Part shown: positions 42,192 through 51,371 of the stretch, piece after piece
Position numbering within the stretch: position 1 is the first letter of the stretch
Layout of the letters: every line of letters begins with the position of its first letter
Assembly: GCA_030055515.1 (NCBI GenBank)
Contig: JASFYI010000002.1
Coordinates: 63,290-127,289, forward strand
Length of the DNA: 64,000 bases
DNA from: Methanolinea sp.
GTDB lineage: Archaea; Halobacteriota; Methanomicrobia; Methanomicrobiales; Methanospirillaceae
Reading direction: 5' to 3'
Notes under the pieces: model-generated
Databases searched by the model: none
What the model was told of the DNA's origin: nothing
The model's input: only the letters and a program-made list of their open reading frames with translations
Made by a program: the position numbers and the translations under genes

Positions 42192-42713
42192 GTGGGAGAC
42201 GGGGGAGACTGCGTTGTCCGGCAGGTGAGGGTCCTCGTCCGGGACGTCGGCGAATTCCTCGATGCCGTGGGGGAGATCGCGAACCGCACGGGGACGCACA
42301 TCGTCTTCTTCGACGCGGACAAGGTGGCCGGGAGGGCCCACGTGGAATCTGCCCTCCGCCACGCATTCAGGGCGAGGGAGACAGGGTCGATGATCTCCTC
42401 GAGGGTCGAGGTGGAGGCCCTCCTCTACGCCGCAGGGACGCGCCAGATCGTCGAGGCGGTCAGGTTCGGGCTCCACGAGGGCGCAAACAGGGCATACCTC
42501 GCGCTCTGCCCCGGAAACGACGACGCGTGGCGGGAAATCGCGCCCCTCGTCTCCCCCGCCGACGACGAGGACTGGGATGCCCTCCCGCCGGAAAAGGTCG
42601 ATCTCCTCTGCACCCTCTTCTCGATCTCCCCCCGCGAGCTCGAGGTGTGCGGGGCCGGGAAGGTGAGAGAACTCGTCCTCGAGAGGGTGGCACTCCTCGA
42701 CGTGTACAAGTAG
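42192..42713 (+). CDS. cgi121: KEOPS complex subunit Cgi121
   Basis: GTG 42192, 2 nt after the hel308 stop. VRQVRVLVRDVGEFL...SSRVEVEALLYAAGTRQI... matches the Cgi121 pattern (S.E.E.LLY.SG.RQI). The start codon is uncertain. Confidence 0.65.
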   Translation: MGDGGDCVVRQVRVLVRDVGEFLDAVGEIANRTGTHIVFFDADKVAGRAHVESALRHAFRARETGSMISSRVEVEALLYAAGTRQIVEAVRFGLHEGANRAYLALCPGNDDAWREIAPLVSPADDEDWDALPPEKVDLLCTLFSISPRELEVCGAGKVRELVLERVALLDVYK

Positions 42714-42960
42714 GTCCCCGCCGGGGAACAGGGCAAGGTGCTCCTCCTCGCCGGCCCCGTCTCTCCGCCGTCCCGCGACAGGGGGACAGCCCCTTGGCCC
42801 CGCTGCCGCGCGGGAACGGTGCATGTCTCCGCGGTGAGGAGCCCCGCGATCTCCCTCTCCCGGTTGCCGCCCGGGAAAGGTACCGGCGAGGGCCTTTTCG
42901 TGCCGGCAAAAATACTTTCGCCCGGGCGGGGCACCCGGGCAGCCGGGGAACCGGGAGGAT

Positions 42961-43473
42961 TCAGCCGGGCTGGCCGCCCTCGCCCCTCCTGCGCGCGTGC
43001 GAGAGGAGGTGGCGGAGCTCGGGCAGGATGATCTCCCTCACGGCGAGTGTCACGGCAGCCGGTGAACCCGGGAGGCAGAAGACGACCCTCTCCCCGCACG
43101 TCCCGGCAAGGGCCCTCGAGAGGATCGCGGACGTCCCCACCTCCGCGGCGCTCTTCTGCCTGAAGAGCTCGCCGAAACCGTCGATGACCTTGTCGAGGAG
43201 CGGCGCGATTGCCTCGATTGTGCAGTCGTCGGGGGAGATCCCCGTTCCCCCGTTGAGGATGATGCAGTTGCAGTCGCCGATCGCGGCGTGGAATTCGCGC
43301 CTGATGGCAACGATGTCGTCCTTCACGATCGCGTAGTGGGCGACCGGGATGCCCTTTTCCGAGAGGAGCGAGAGGATCGCTCCCCCGCTCCTGTCCGTCT
43401 CGCGGGTCCGGGAACTGGAGACCGTGATCACCGCGGCCCTCGCATCCACCGGTCTTTCGTGTTCTCTCTTCAT
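42961..43473 (-). CDS. moaB: Molybdenum cofactor biosynthesis protein B (MoaB/MogA family)
   Basis: 170 aa. AAVITVSSSR...D.SG, ILNGGTGISPDD, LPGSPAAV. Confidence 0.85.
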   Translation of the reverse strand: MKREHERPVDARAAVITVSSSRTRETDRSGGAILSLLSEKGIPVAHYAIVKDDIVAIRREFHAAIGDCNCIILNGGTGISPDDCTIEAIAPLLDKVIDGFGELFRQKSAAEVGTSAILSRALAGTCGERVVFCLPGSPAAVTLAVREIILPELRHLLSHARRRGEGGQPG

Positions 43474-43637
43474 CGCTCACTGGATCGTCTCCCCGGATGG
43501 ATAAACGATTTTCCCCCTCCCCCTGCACGGCGCCCGCGTGCCCGGCCAGTTCTCCCCCCCCCGCATGCTGGGGAGATCCGCCCCACGGGGGTGGAGAGGC
43601 CATCGCCACCAAGCCAGTTTTGCCCTCCCCCTCGCGA

Positions 43638-43658
43638 ACCCCTTCGTTTCCACTGGAA
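43638..43658 (-). repeat. ORB box 1 (reverse complement TTCCAGTGGAAACGAAGGGGT)
   Basis: Plus strand reads ACCCCTTCGTTTCCACTGGAA. This is the ORB core plus G-string, 20/21 identical to box 3. Confidence 0.8.
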
Positions 43659-43709
43659 GGCAGCAGCCCCCGGTTCCCCCCGCGTGTGGTGCCCTCTCCG
43701 AGTGGAGAC

Positions 43710-43722
43710 TTCCAGTGGAAAC
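43710..43722 (+). repeat. ORB box 2, mini-ORB (TTCCAGTGGAAAC), no G-string
   Basis: Exact 13-mer core in the opposite orientation to box 1, 51 nt away. Preceded by GGAGAC. Confidence 0.7.
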
Positions 43723-43940
43723 CCGCCGCCGCGTCATTCCCCAACGAACGGTTCTCCTCGCTGGACTCAATTCCCGTGACCCCGCGGTGTGCACCGGTGA
43801 TTGGCCCGATGGCGATATCCTCCGCCCCGCGGGAATCGCCGGTGGTGCTCGGCCATTTGCTGAACGCACGTGTCTAAGAGGTGTATCGGTTCTGCACGGT
43901 GGTAGACGAGTGGGCGCGTTGCCCCGCTCCACGGGGCGGC

Positions 43941-43961
43941 ACCCCTTCGTTTCCACTGGAG
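43941..43961 (-). repeat. ORB box 3 (reverse complement CTCCAGTGGAAACGAAGGGGT)
   Basis: Plus strand reads ACCCCTTCGTTTCCACTGGAG. Confidence 0.8.
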
Positions 43962-44080
43962 ATGGGAACACGGGTCTCCCGCCAGTCGCCTGGGAATATT
44001 GGATACTATAGATGGTAGTACTCGGTGCAATGATTCCCACGGAGAACGGGTGGATCCTATGGGACCGCATGGCTCTGCCC

Positions 44081-44150
44081 ATAAAATTTAGACAGGTTAT
44101 TATACCATGAAATTGTTAGCTCCCGCTGAATAGTTCACTGAAAATGAACT
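44081..44150. other. AT-rich putative duplex unwinding element
   Basis: ATAAAATTTAGACAGGTTATTATACCATGAAATTGTTAGC...TAGTTCACTGAAAATGAACT stands out against flanks that are roughly two-thirds GC. It is bracketed by oppositely oriented ORBs (box 3 and box 4). Confidence 0.65.
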
Positions 44151-44168
44151 TCACGACGTGAAGTTCAT
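44144..44168. repeat. Perfect 11-bp-arm palindrome ATGAACTTCAC-GAC-GTGAAGTTCAT
   Basis: Read directly. It sits at the DUE/ORB4 junction, 6 nt before box 4. Confidence 0.6.
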
Positions 44169-44174
44169 CCCATT

Positions 44175-44195
44175 TTCCAGTGGAAACAAGGGGGT
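44175..44195 (+). repeat. ORB box 4 (TTCCAGTGGAAACAAGGGGGT)
   Basis: Exact core plus G-string, oriented toward orc1/cdc6 and facing box 3 across the DUE. Confidence 0.8.
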
Positions 44196-44277
44196 CTCCC
44201 CCCCGCGCATCCCGGTGGCCTCTGTGATCATGGGAGAATACCCGCGCTCGCGGGACAGAATGGCAAATGAACTGCAT

Positions 44278-44296
44278 TTCCAGGGGAAAAGGGAAG
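44278..44296 (+). repeat. ORB box 5, degenerate (TTCCAGGGGAAAAGGGAAG)
   Basis: Two core mismatches. Same orientation as box 4 and, like box 4, preceded by AAATGAACT (44265-44273 versus 44142-44150). Confidence 0.45.
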
Positions 44297-44364
44297 TTTA
44301 TCACCGTTCCAAACAGGTGATTTTTTGAGGGTTGACGGGATATGATGATATCCCGGGGCATGGG

Positions 44365-45648
44365 ATGTCTGACGACGCGAGCGCACCACTGGGTCTTTTC
44401 AAGAAATACCTCGAGACAAACAGGATCTTCAAGAACCGCGAGGTCCTCCGGCACTCTTACCGGCCCCAGTTTCTCCCGCACAGGCGTCCCCAGATAGACC
44501 AGGTCGCCGCGATCCTCGCCCCCGCACTCCGGCACGAGACGCCCTCAAACATCCTCATCTACGGCAAGACGGGCACGGGCAAGACCGCCGTCGTCCGGTA
44601 CGTGGGGGCCGAGCTCGAGGCCGCCGGGGCGCACATGGGCACGGTCTGCAGGGTCGTCCACCTCAACTGCGAGGTCATCGACACCCAGTACAGGGTCCTC
44701 GCGCAGATCTCCAAGACGCTCCTTGGGGAGGACGAGACCGGGAGCGACAGGACGAGGCCCCACATCCCCATGACAGGGTGGCCGACGGACCAGGTCTACA
44801 CCGAGCTCAAGAACCAGCTTGAGAACATGGGGGGCGTCCTCGTGATCGTCCTCGACGAGATCGACAAGCTCGTCAAGAAGAGCGGCGACGAGACGCTCTA
44901 CAACCTCTCCCGGATCAACTCCGACCTGAAGAGGTCGAAGGTGAGCATGATAGGGATCTCAAACGACCTCTCCTTCAAGGACTTCCTCGACCCCCGCGTC
45001 CTCTCCTCGCTCTCCGAGGAGGAACTCGTCTTTCCCCCCTACAATGCCCCCCAGCTCTGCGACATCCTCACGCAGCGCGCGGAGATGGCGTTCAACGACG
45101 GGGTCCTCGATGAAGGCGTCATCCCCCTCTGCGCCGCGCTCGCCGCGCAGGAACACGGGGACGCGCGCAGGGCGCTTGACCTCCTGCGGGTCTCCGGCGA
45201 GATCGCCGAGAGGGAGGAGGCCGACAGGGTGACCGAGGCCCACGTGAAGATGGCGCAGGCAAAGATAGAGACGGACTCGATGCTCGAGTGCATCGCCACG
45301 CTCCCGATGCAGAGCAAGGTCGTGCTCTACGCGATGCTCCTCCTCGACCAGATGGGCCACACGATCTTCACGAGCGGCGAGGTGAGCAGGATCTACAAGG
45401 AGATCGCCCCCGAGCTCGACCTCGACGTCCTCACGCACCGGAGGATCACCGACCTCATCTCGGAGCTGAACATGCTCGGTGTCATCAACACCCGCGTGGT
45501 GAGCCGGGGGAGGTACGGGAGGACAAAGGAGATGTGGTTCGATACGAATACACGGAAACTGTGGGAAGTGATCACCTCGGATGCCCGCCTCGACGCCCAC
45601 CGGTTCACAAAGAAGAACATCCATTGGTCACAAAACCTCTTTAGGTGA
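44365..45648 (+). CDS. cdc6: Orc1/Cdc6 replication initiator
   Basis: Trimmed to ATG 44365. RHSYRPQFLPHRR, Walker A IYGKTGTGKT, Walker B VLDEIDKL, sensor motifs, and a C-terminal winged helix (ISELNMLGVI). Confidence 0.95.
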   Translation: MSDDASAPLGLFKKYLETNRIFKNREVLRHSYRPQFLPHRRPQIDQVAAILAPALRHETPSNILIYGKTGTGKTAVVRYVGAELEAAGAHMGTVCRVVHLNCEVIDTQYRVLAQISKTLLGEDETGSDRTRPHIPMTGWPTDQVYTELKNQLENMGGVLVIVLDEIDKLVKKSGDETLYNLSRINSDLKRSKVSMIGISNDLSFKDFLDPRVLSSLSEEELVFPPYNAPQLCDILTQRAEMAFNDGVLDEGVIPLCAALAAQEHGDARRALDLLRVSGEIAEREEADRVTEAHVKMAQAKIETDSMLECIATLPMQSKVVLYAMLLLDQMGHTIFTSGEVSRIYKEIAPELDLDVLTHRRITDLISELNMLGVINTRVVSRGRYGRTKEMWFDTNTRKLWEVITSDARLDAHRFTKKNIHWSQNLFR

Positions 45649-45655
45649 ACCACCC

Positions 45656-46147
45656 ATGGACGAGAAAGACCTCCTCCTCCTCCAGCTCCTCGAGGAGAAC
45701 AGCCGCCTGACCACCGAGGACCTCGCCGTCATGGCCGAGATGGCCCCGGAGGAGGTGGCGGCACGGGTCGAGAACCTCGAGAAGTCGGGGGTGATCCTGA
45801 GCTACACCGCGGTGATCGACTGGGAGAAGGCCGGGAACGGCGGGGTGTCTGCCATCATCGACCTGAAGGTGAACCCCGAGCGCGACTTCGGGTACGATCG
45901 GATCGCCCAGCGCATCGCCCGTTTCCGGCAGGTGCGGTCGCTTCGGCTCATCACGGGGGCGTACGACCTCCAGCTCATCGTGACGGGCAAGACCATGCAG
46001 GAGGTCGCCCGGTTCGTGTCCGAGTACATCGCCCCGATGGACAGGATCCGGGAGACCGCGACGCACATCATCATGAAGAGCTACAAGGAGAACGGCCGGA
46101 CCTTCTCCGGGAAGGAAGAGGGCGAACGCATCCCCTACTCCCTGTGA
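45656..46147 (+). CDS. Lrp/AsnC-family transcriptional regulator
   Basis: Trimmed to ATG 45656. HTH MDEKDLLLLQLLEENSRLTTEDLAVMAEM...LEKSGVI plus a RAM/ACT-like C-terminal domain. Confidence 0.85.
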   Translation: MDEKDLLLLQLLEENSRLTTEDLAVMAEMAPEEVAARVENLEKSGVILSYTAVIDWEKAGNGGVSAIIDLKVNPERDFGYDRIAQRIARFRQVRSLRLITGAYDLQLIVTGKTMQEVARFVSEYIAPMDRIRETATHIIMKSYKENGRTFSGKEEGERIPYSL

Positions 46148-46154
46148 GGCAACG

Positions 46155-47369
46155 ATGAGGGACTTTGTCTCGAGGAGGGCGAGGGAGATACCCCCTTCCG
46201 GGATCCGCAGGTTCTTTGACCTCGCCCTCACCATGGAGGAGGTCATCTCGCTCGGGGTGGGGGAACCCGACTTCTCCACGCCGTGGAACATCTGCGAGGC
46301 GAGCATCTACTCCATCGAGCAGGGGAACACGTCCTACACCCCGAACCGCGGGATAAAGCCGCTGCGCGAGGCGCTCTCGCGCTGGCTCGCGGACCACTAC
46401 CAGCTCTCGTACGACCCGGAGACCGAGATGATCATCACGACGGGCGTCTCGGAGGGACTCGACATCGCGATCAGGGCGGTCGTGGACCCGGGCGACGAGG
46501 TCCTCGTCGCGGAGCCCTGCTACGTCTCCTACTCCCCGTGCGTGACGCTCGCGGGGGGGCGCCCGGTTCCCGTCCCGTGCGTGGAGGAGGACGGGTTTAA
46601 ACTCAACCCTGACAGGCTCGTGGAGAAGGTCTCCGCGAAGAGCAAGGCCCTCGTGATGAACTTCCCGAATAACCCGACGGGCGCCGTGATGCGGAGGGAG
46701 GATCTCAAGGGTGTCGCGGACGTCGTCTGCGACCACGACCTCCTCCTCATCAGCGACGAGGTGTACTCCGAGCTCACGTACACCGGAACGCACGTCGCGG
46801 CGGCGACCGTGGGGGACCTCGCGGAGCGGACCATCACCCTGAACGGGTTCTCGAAGGCGTACGCGATGACGGGCTGGAGGATAGGCTACCTGTGCGCGCC
46901 GGAGCCCATCTGCGACGCTGCGCTGAAGATCCACCAGTACGTGATGCTCTGCGCCCCGGTCATGGGGCAGGTCGCCGCGCTCGAGGGGATACGGAGGGGA
47001 GAGGAGGAGAAGGACAGGATGGTCCGGGAGTACAGGGTGCGCAGGAACCTCTTCGTCGAGGGCCTCAACCGCATCGGCCTGCGGTGTCACCGCCCCGAGG
47101 GCGCATTCTACGCGTTCCCCTCGGTCGAGGATACCGGGCTCTCGGACCAGGAATTCGCCGAGCAGCTCCTGCTCGAGGAACACGTGGCAGTCGTCCCGGG
47201 CAACGTCTTTGGGACCGGCGGGGAAGGACACGTCCGGTGCGCGTACGCGGTCTCGCGCGAGAACCTCGCGCAGGCCCTCCAGCGGATGGAGAGGTTCGTC
47301 TCGGGGAGGGAGTGGGAGGCCCGCCCTCCCCTCGCCCGCGCGGCCGGCCGGGTGCCGGGCCGCCACTAG
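46155..47369 (+). CDS. Class I/II PLP-dependent aminotransferase (aspartate aminotransferase-like)
   Basis: 404 aa. [16 protein letters not shown], the PLP-lysine motif [16 protein letters not shown], and R near the C-terminus (VRCAYA). Confidence 0.85.
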   Translation: MRDFVSRRAREIPPSGIRRFFDLALTMEEVISLGVGEPDFSTPWNICEASIYSIEQGNTSYTPNRGIKPLREALSRWLADHYQLSYDPETEMIITTGVSEGLDIAIRAVVDPGDEVLVAEPCYVSYSPCVTLAGGRPVPVPCVEEDGFKLNPDRLVEKVSAKSKALVMNFPNNPTGAVMRREDLKGVADVVCDHDLLLISDEVYSELTYTGTHVAAATVGDLAERTITLNGFSKAYAMTGWRIGYLCAPEPICDAALKIHQYVMLCAPVMGQVAALEGIRRGEEEKDRMVREYRVRRNLFVEGLNRIGLRCHRPEGAFYAFPSVEDTGLSDQEFAEQLLLEEHVAVVPGNVFGTGGEGHVRCAYAVSRENLAQALQRMERFVSGREWEARPPLARAAGRVPGRH

Positions 47370-47472
47370 GTGCGGTCGTCCCTGCACAGGGGAGAGGACC
47401 CCGCGGGCCGGGACCCGCGGGTCCACGATAGGATTTTATCCGGTCTCCGGGGTTATAGTACATGGTTGTACC

Positions 47473-48483
47473 ATGAGCTGCACCATAGTCGTGGGCGGTT
47501 TTTTTGGTGACGAGGGGAAGGGAAAGATAGTCGCGCACCTCGCGTACCGCGACCACCCCACCATCATCTCGCGGGGAGGGGTGGGGCCGAACGCGGGGCA
47601 CACGGTGAAGGTGGGCGAGAAGGAGTACGGCGTGCGGATGGTCCCCTCCGGGTTCGTGTACCCGGGCGCACGCCTCATGATCGGGACGGGTGTCCTCGTC
47701 GACCCGGCGGTCTTCTCGCGCGAGGTGGAGATGCTCGGCGTCTCGGGGAGGATATTCGTGGACAACAGGTGCGCCATCATCGAGCAGGGCCACGTGGAGA
47801 GGGACAGGTCAAGCGCCCATCTCGCGAAGACCATCGGGAGCACGGGGAGCGGGTGTGGCCCGGCGAATGCAGACCGCGTCCTCCGCGTGGCGAAGCTCGC
47901 GAGGGACGTCCCCGAGCTCGCCCCGTACCTCGCGGACGTCCCCTACGAGATCAATACCGCCCTCGACCGTGGTGAGAACGTCCTCCTCGAGGGGACGCAG
48001 GGATTCGGGATCTCGCTCTACTACGGGACGTACCCGTACGTGACGAGCAAGGACACGTCGGCGTCGCAGGTCGCCGCGGACAACGGCGTCGGGCCCACCC
48101 GCGTGGACGAGGTCGTCGTCGTCTTCAAGGCCTACCCGACGAGGGTGGGGGAGGGGCCGTTCTCGACCGAGATGGACCGCGAGGTCTCCGACCGCCTCGG
48201 GATAAGGGAGTTTGGGACCGTGACGCACAGGCAGAGGAGGATCGGCCAGTGGGACGGGAAGATGGCACGGTACTCCGCGATGGTGAACGGCTGCACGCAG
48301 GCGGCGATCACGGGGATAGACCGGGTGGACAGGGAGTGTTTCGGGGTGACGGAGTACGGGAAGCTCACGAAAAAGGCCCGCGACTTCATCGAGCAGGCAG
48401 AGCAGGACATCGGGCGCCCGATCACGCTCATCTCGACCGGCCCGGACGTCTCGCAGGTCATCGACATCAGGGGTGAAGTGTGA
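47473..48483 (+). CDS. purA: Adenylosuccinate synthetase (short archaeal form)
   Basis: Trimmed to ATG 47473. [41 protein letters not shown]. About 336 aa. Confidence 0.9.
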   Translation: MSCTIVVGGFFGDEGKGKIVAHLAYRDHPTIISRGGVGPNAGHTVKVGEKEYGVRMVPSGFVYPGARLMIGTGVLVDPAVFSREVEMLGVSGRIFVDNRCAIIEQGHVERDRSSAHLAKTIGSTGSGCGPANADRVLRVAKLARDVPELAPYLADVPYEINTALDRGENVLLEGTQGFGISLYYGTYPYVTSKDTSASQVAADNGVGPTRVDEVVVVFKAYPTRVGEGPFSTEMDREVSDRLGIREFGTVTHRQRRIGQWDGKMARYSAMVNGCTQAAITGIDRVDRECFGVTEYGKLTKKARDFIEQAEQDIGRPITLISTGPDVSQVIDIRGEV

Positions 48484-48662
48484 GGCGCTCGCTCCTCCCG
48501 ATCCTCTGCTGCCCTGTCTGCAAGGGGGACCTCACGCTCCACGTCAGGGTCGAGGACGAGAACGAGATCCTCGAGGGGGTCCTCCACTGTCCCGCCTGTT
48601 CCGTGGATTACCCGATAGAGGACGGGATCCCCGACCTCCTCCCGAGGGAAGGGAAGTCCTGA
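48480..48662 (+). CDS. trm112: Trm112-family small zinc-ribbon protein
   Basis: 60 aa, GTGA overlap with pur[13 protein letters not shown]...[20 protein letters not shown]. Confidence 0.75.
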   Translation: MRRSLLPILCCPVCKGDLTLHVRVEDENEILEGVLHCPACSVDYPIEDGIPDLLPREGKS

Positions 48663-48756
48663 CCGGGCAACCGCGCCGTGTCCCGGCCCGGGATGATCGC
48701 GCGCCGCCGCGTGCCGCAAGAGGGTCTGTCCTGAGGTTTCCCCGCCGATTCCGCCC

Positions 48757-49680
48757 ATGCTCCTTTCGCGCGCCGCCACGATCCCGCTCGCCCTCCTCGT
48801 CGACAGGGTGACCGGCGACCCCCGCTCGCGGTTCCACCCCGTCGCCCTCCTCGGGAGGTTCATCGCGCTGTGGGGGGATCCCCGCCACTATCCCCGCGGA
48901 TTCCAGAGGGCCGCGGGGGCCGCCATGTGGGGGGTGACGGCAGCGCTCTTCTCCGCACCGTTCCTCCTCGCCGAGGTCCTCCTCCCGGGGCTCTCCGTCC
49001 TGCTCGTCTCCCCCTTCCTCCTCAAGGTCTGCCTCGCGTGGCGTTCGCTCGAGGAGCATGCCGGGGAAGTGGAGCGGGCGCTCTCCGCGGGCATCGAGAG
49101 GGGGAGGGAGCAGGTGAGGTACATGGTGAGCAGGGAGACGCGCGACCTCACGGAGGAGCAGGTCAGGTCGGCCGCCTACGAGTCGCTCGCGGAGAACGTC
49201 GTGGACAGCGTCGTATCCCCCCTCTTCTACTACGCCCTCCTCGGCCTCCCGGGCGCCGCGGTCTACCGCGCGGCAAACACGATGGACGCGATGCTCGGCT
49301 ACCGCGACGAGAGGGAAAGGATCGGCTGGTTTTCGGCGCGGGCCGACGACGTCCTGAATTACGTCCCTGCCCGCCTCGCGGCTGCAGTCCTCCTCGCGTA
49401 CTTCGCGGCGAGGGGACGGTTCCGGCCGGCGTGGGAGTGCCTCCGGCGCGACGGGAAGAAGCGTCCCGGCTTCAACGGGGGCCTGCCCATGGCGGCCATC
49501 GCGGGGGGGTGCGGCATCCGCTTCGAGAAGCCCGGAGCGTACACGATCGGGCCGGGGGGGAGGCCTCTCGTAGAGGCCTCGGCCGATATCATCGCCGCGT
49601 CACGCGCCTGCATCGCGGGGAGCGCCCTCCTCGCGGTGGCGATACCAATATTTTTGGGTCTCGCGGTCCAATTCATATAG
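48757..49680 (+). CDS. cbiB: Adenosylcobinamide-phosphate synthase (CobD/CbiB)
   Basis: 307-aa membrane protein. [49 protein letters not shown]. Confidence 0.85.
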   Translation: MLLSRAATIPLALLVDRVTGDPRSRFHPVALLGRFIALWGDPRHYPRGFQRAAGAAMWGVTAALFSAPFLLAEVLLPGLSVLLVSPFLLKVCLAWRSLEEHAGEVERALSAGIERGREQVRYMVSRETRDLTEEQVRSAAYESLAENVVDSVVSPLFYYALLGLPGAAVYRAANTMDAMLGYRDERERIGWFSARADDVLNYVPARLAAAVLLAYFAARGRFRPAWECLRRDGKKRPGFNGGLPMAAIAGGCGIRFEKPGAYTIGPGGRPLVEASADIIAASRACIAGSALLAVAIPIFLGLAVQFI

Positions 49681-49684
49681 ACAT

Positions 49685-50581
49685 ATGAAGCTCGAGGAAT
49701 TGAGGCACGGCACCGAGCTCCTGAAACGCGGCTTCGCATCCATGCAGAAGGGAGGGGTGATCATGGATGTGGTCAACGCGGAACAGGCGCGCATCGCCGA
49801 GGAGGCCGGGGCCGTCGCGGTCATGGCACTCGAACGCGTCCCCGCGGACATCAGGAAGGCGGGGGGCGTTGCCCGCATGGCAGACCCTGCCATCATCCTC
49901 GAGATCATGGACGCGGTCTCCATCCCCGTGATGGCGAAGGTCCGGATCGGCCACTTCGTCGAGGCCCAGATCCTCGAGGCGATCGGCGTCGACATGATCG
50001 ACGAGAGCGAGGTCCTGACCCCGGCAGACGAGGAGTACCACATCGACAAGAAGGCATTCTCGGTCCCCTTCGTCTGCGGGGCGCGTGACCTCGGCGAGGC
50101 GCTCCGCCGGATCCACGAGGGCGCGGCGATGATACGGACGAAGGGGGAGGCGGGGACCGGCAACGTCGTCGAGGCCGTCCGCCACATGCGCAACATCATG
50201 GGCGAGATACGGGCGCTGCAGGGCAAGACCCCGCAGGAGATCGTGGCGAGGGCAAGGGAGCTCGAGGCACCCCCCGACCTCCTCCTCGAGACGGTGAGGA
50301 TGGGCCGGCTGCCGGTCGTCAACTTCTCCGCGGGCGGGATCGCGACGCCTGCGGACGCCGCCCTGATGATGCAGATGGGGGCAGACGGCGTCTTCGTGGG
50401 GTCAGGGATATTCCACTCGAGCAACCCGGAGAGGATGGCGCGCGCGATCGTCGAGGCGGTCACCCACTACGACGACCCGGTGGTGCTCGCCGAGGTGAGC
50501 AAGGGGCTGGGCCAGCCCATGAAGGGGATCGACGTCCATACCCTCCGCGAGGAAGAGGTGCTCCAGTACCGTGGGCGTTAG
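49685..50581 (+). CDS. pdxS: Pyridoxal 5'-phosphate synthase lyase subunit PdxS
   Basis: 298 aa. [57 protein letters not shown]. Confidence 0.95.
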   Translation: MKLEELRHGTELLKRGFASMQKGGVIMDVVNAEQARIAEEAGAVAVMALERVPADIRKAGGVARMADPAIILEIMDAVSIPVMAKVRIGHFVEAQILEAIGVDMIDESEVLTPADEEYHIDKKAFSVPFVCGARDLGEALRRIHEGAAMIRTKGEAGTGNVVEAVRHMRNIMGEIRALQGKTPQEIVARARELEAPPDLLLETVRMGRLPVVNFSAGGIATPADAALMMQMGADGVFVGSGIFHSSNPERMARAIVEAVTHYDDPVVLAEVSKGLGQPMKGIDVHTLREEEVLQYRGR

Positions 50582-51161
50582 ACTCGGGGTGCTGGCCCTC
50601 CAGGGGGACGTGAGCGAGCACATCCGGGGGTTCGAACGGGCACTCCGGGACGCGGGTATCCCGGACGGGACCGTCGTTCCCGTGCGGAGGCCCAGCGACC
50701 TCGGGGGGCTCTGCGGCATCGCGATCCCGGGCGGGGAGTCCACGACCATCTCCCGGCTCATCGAGAAGAACGGGCTCTTCGACCCCCTCGCCCACTTCGA
50801 CGGCGGGGTGTTCGCGACGTGCGCCGGGATGGTGCTCGCCGCGACGCGGGTGGACGACCCCCGCGTGAGGCCGCTCGGCCTCATCGAGATGACGGTGAGG
50901 CGGAACGCCTTCGGCCGCCAGAGGGAGTCATTCGAGGCCGATATCCCGGTCAGCGGGCTCGACCGCCCCTACCGCGCGTACTTCATCAGGGCACCGGTGG
51001 CAACCGGCGTCGGCCCCGGCGTCGAGGTCCTCGCGCGGGTCGACGAGGGGATCGTCGCCGTGAGGAAGGGCAAGCACGTCGCGCTCTCGTTCCACCCCGA
51101 GCTCGGGGAGGACACGAGGGTCCACGGGATTTTCCTCGAGGGCCTCGGGATACTGGAGTGA
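50571..51161 (+). CDS. pdxT: Pyridoxal 5'-phosphate synthase glutaminase subunit PdxT
   Basis: 196 aa (GTG start, 11-nt overlap with pdxS). [15 protein letters not shown], catalytic CAGM, FHPE. Confidence 0.9.
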   Translation: MGVRLGVLALQGDVSEHIRGFERALRDAGIPDGTVVPVRRPSDLGGLCGIAIPGGESTTISRLIEKNGLFDPLAHFDGGVFATCAGMVLAATRVDDPRVRPLGLIEMTVRRNAFGRQRESFEADIPVSGLDRPYRAYFIRAPVATGVGPGVEVLARVDEGIVAVRKGKHVALSFHPELGEDTRVHGIFLEGLGILE

Positions 51162-51359
51162 CTCCCGGTCGCTGGAAATCCGCTCATTTTCTGGTTTCCA
51201 TCGTCTGGTCGATGATCGTGTAGCTCTCCCCGGAGAGGGAGGTGACCGTCACGACGACGCGGTCTTCTCTTCTCCTTTATTGTGTTTTTCACCGCGTGGA
51301 GGGTGAGAGCTTGGGAAATCTCGGTATTGCCTGATTCGAAAAGAGTTCCCTCGCCCGGG

Positions 51360-51366
51360 AAAAAAA
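51360..51366 (-). terminator. Oligo-T terminator (T7 on minus strand) after hppA
   Basis: The A7 run on the plus strand begins 5 nt beyond the hppA TAA stop (51372-51374). Confidence 0.55.
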
Positions 51367-51371
51367 GATGT

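Larger units (their letters stand above)
43600..44330. other. Chromosomal replication origin (oriC): ORB boxes plus an AT-rich DNA unwinding element upstream of orc1/cdc6
   Basis: 892-bp non-coding gap with five ORB-core copies in inverted arrangement around the AT-rich stretch 44081-44150, directly upstream of orc1/cdc6. Confidence 0.8.

Noticed and set aside
43477-44082. Track ORFs inside the origin region (43477-44082 minus, 43538-44011 plus, 43497-43877 plus, 43288-43779 plus, 43767-44030 minus)
   Set aside because: They cover the ORB repeats themselves (the boxes translate as FVSTG). Their composition is Pro/Arg/Gly-rich, none has a recognisable motif or RBS/TATA context, and the region is better explained as oriC.
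43638-44296. Repeated about 21-bp elements considered as a possible small CRISPR array
   Set aside because: The repeats occur in both orientations, with irregular spacing (51 to about 220 bp). They match the ORB consensus next to orc1/cdc6, and there are no cas genes in the window.
44343-44372. C/D-box-like UGAUGA ... CUGA pair
   Set aside because: Only about 20 nt separate the boxes, so there is no room for D'/C' boxes and guide regions. There are no terminal complementary ends, and the pair straddles the orc1/cdc6 start codon. Most likely chance.
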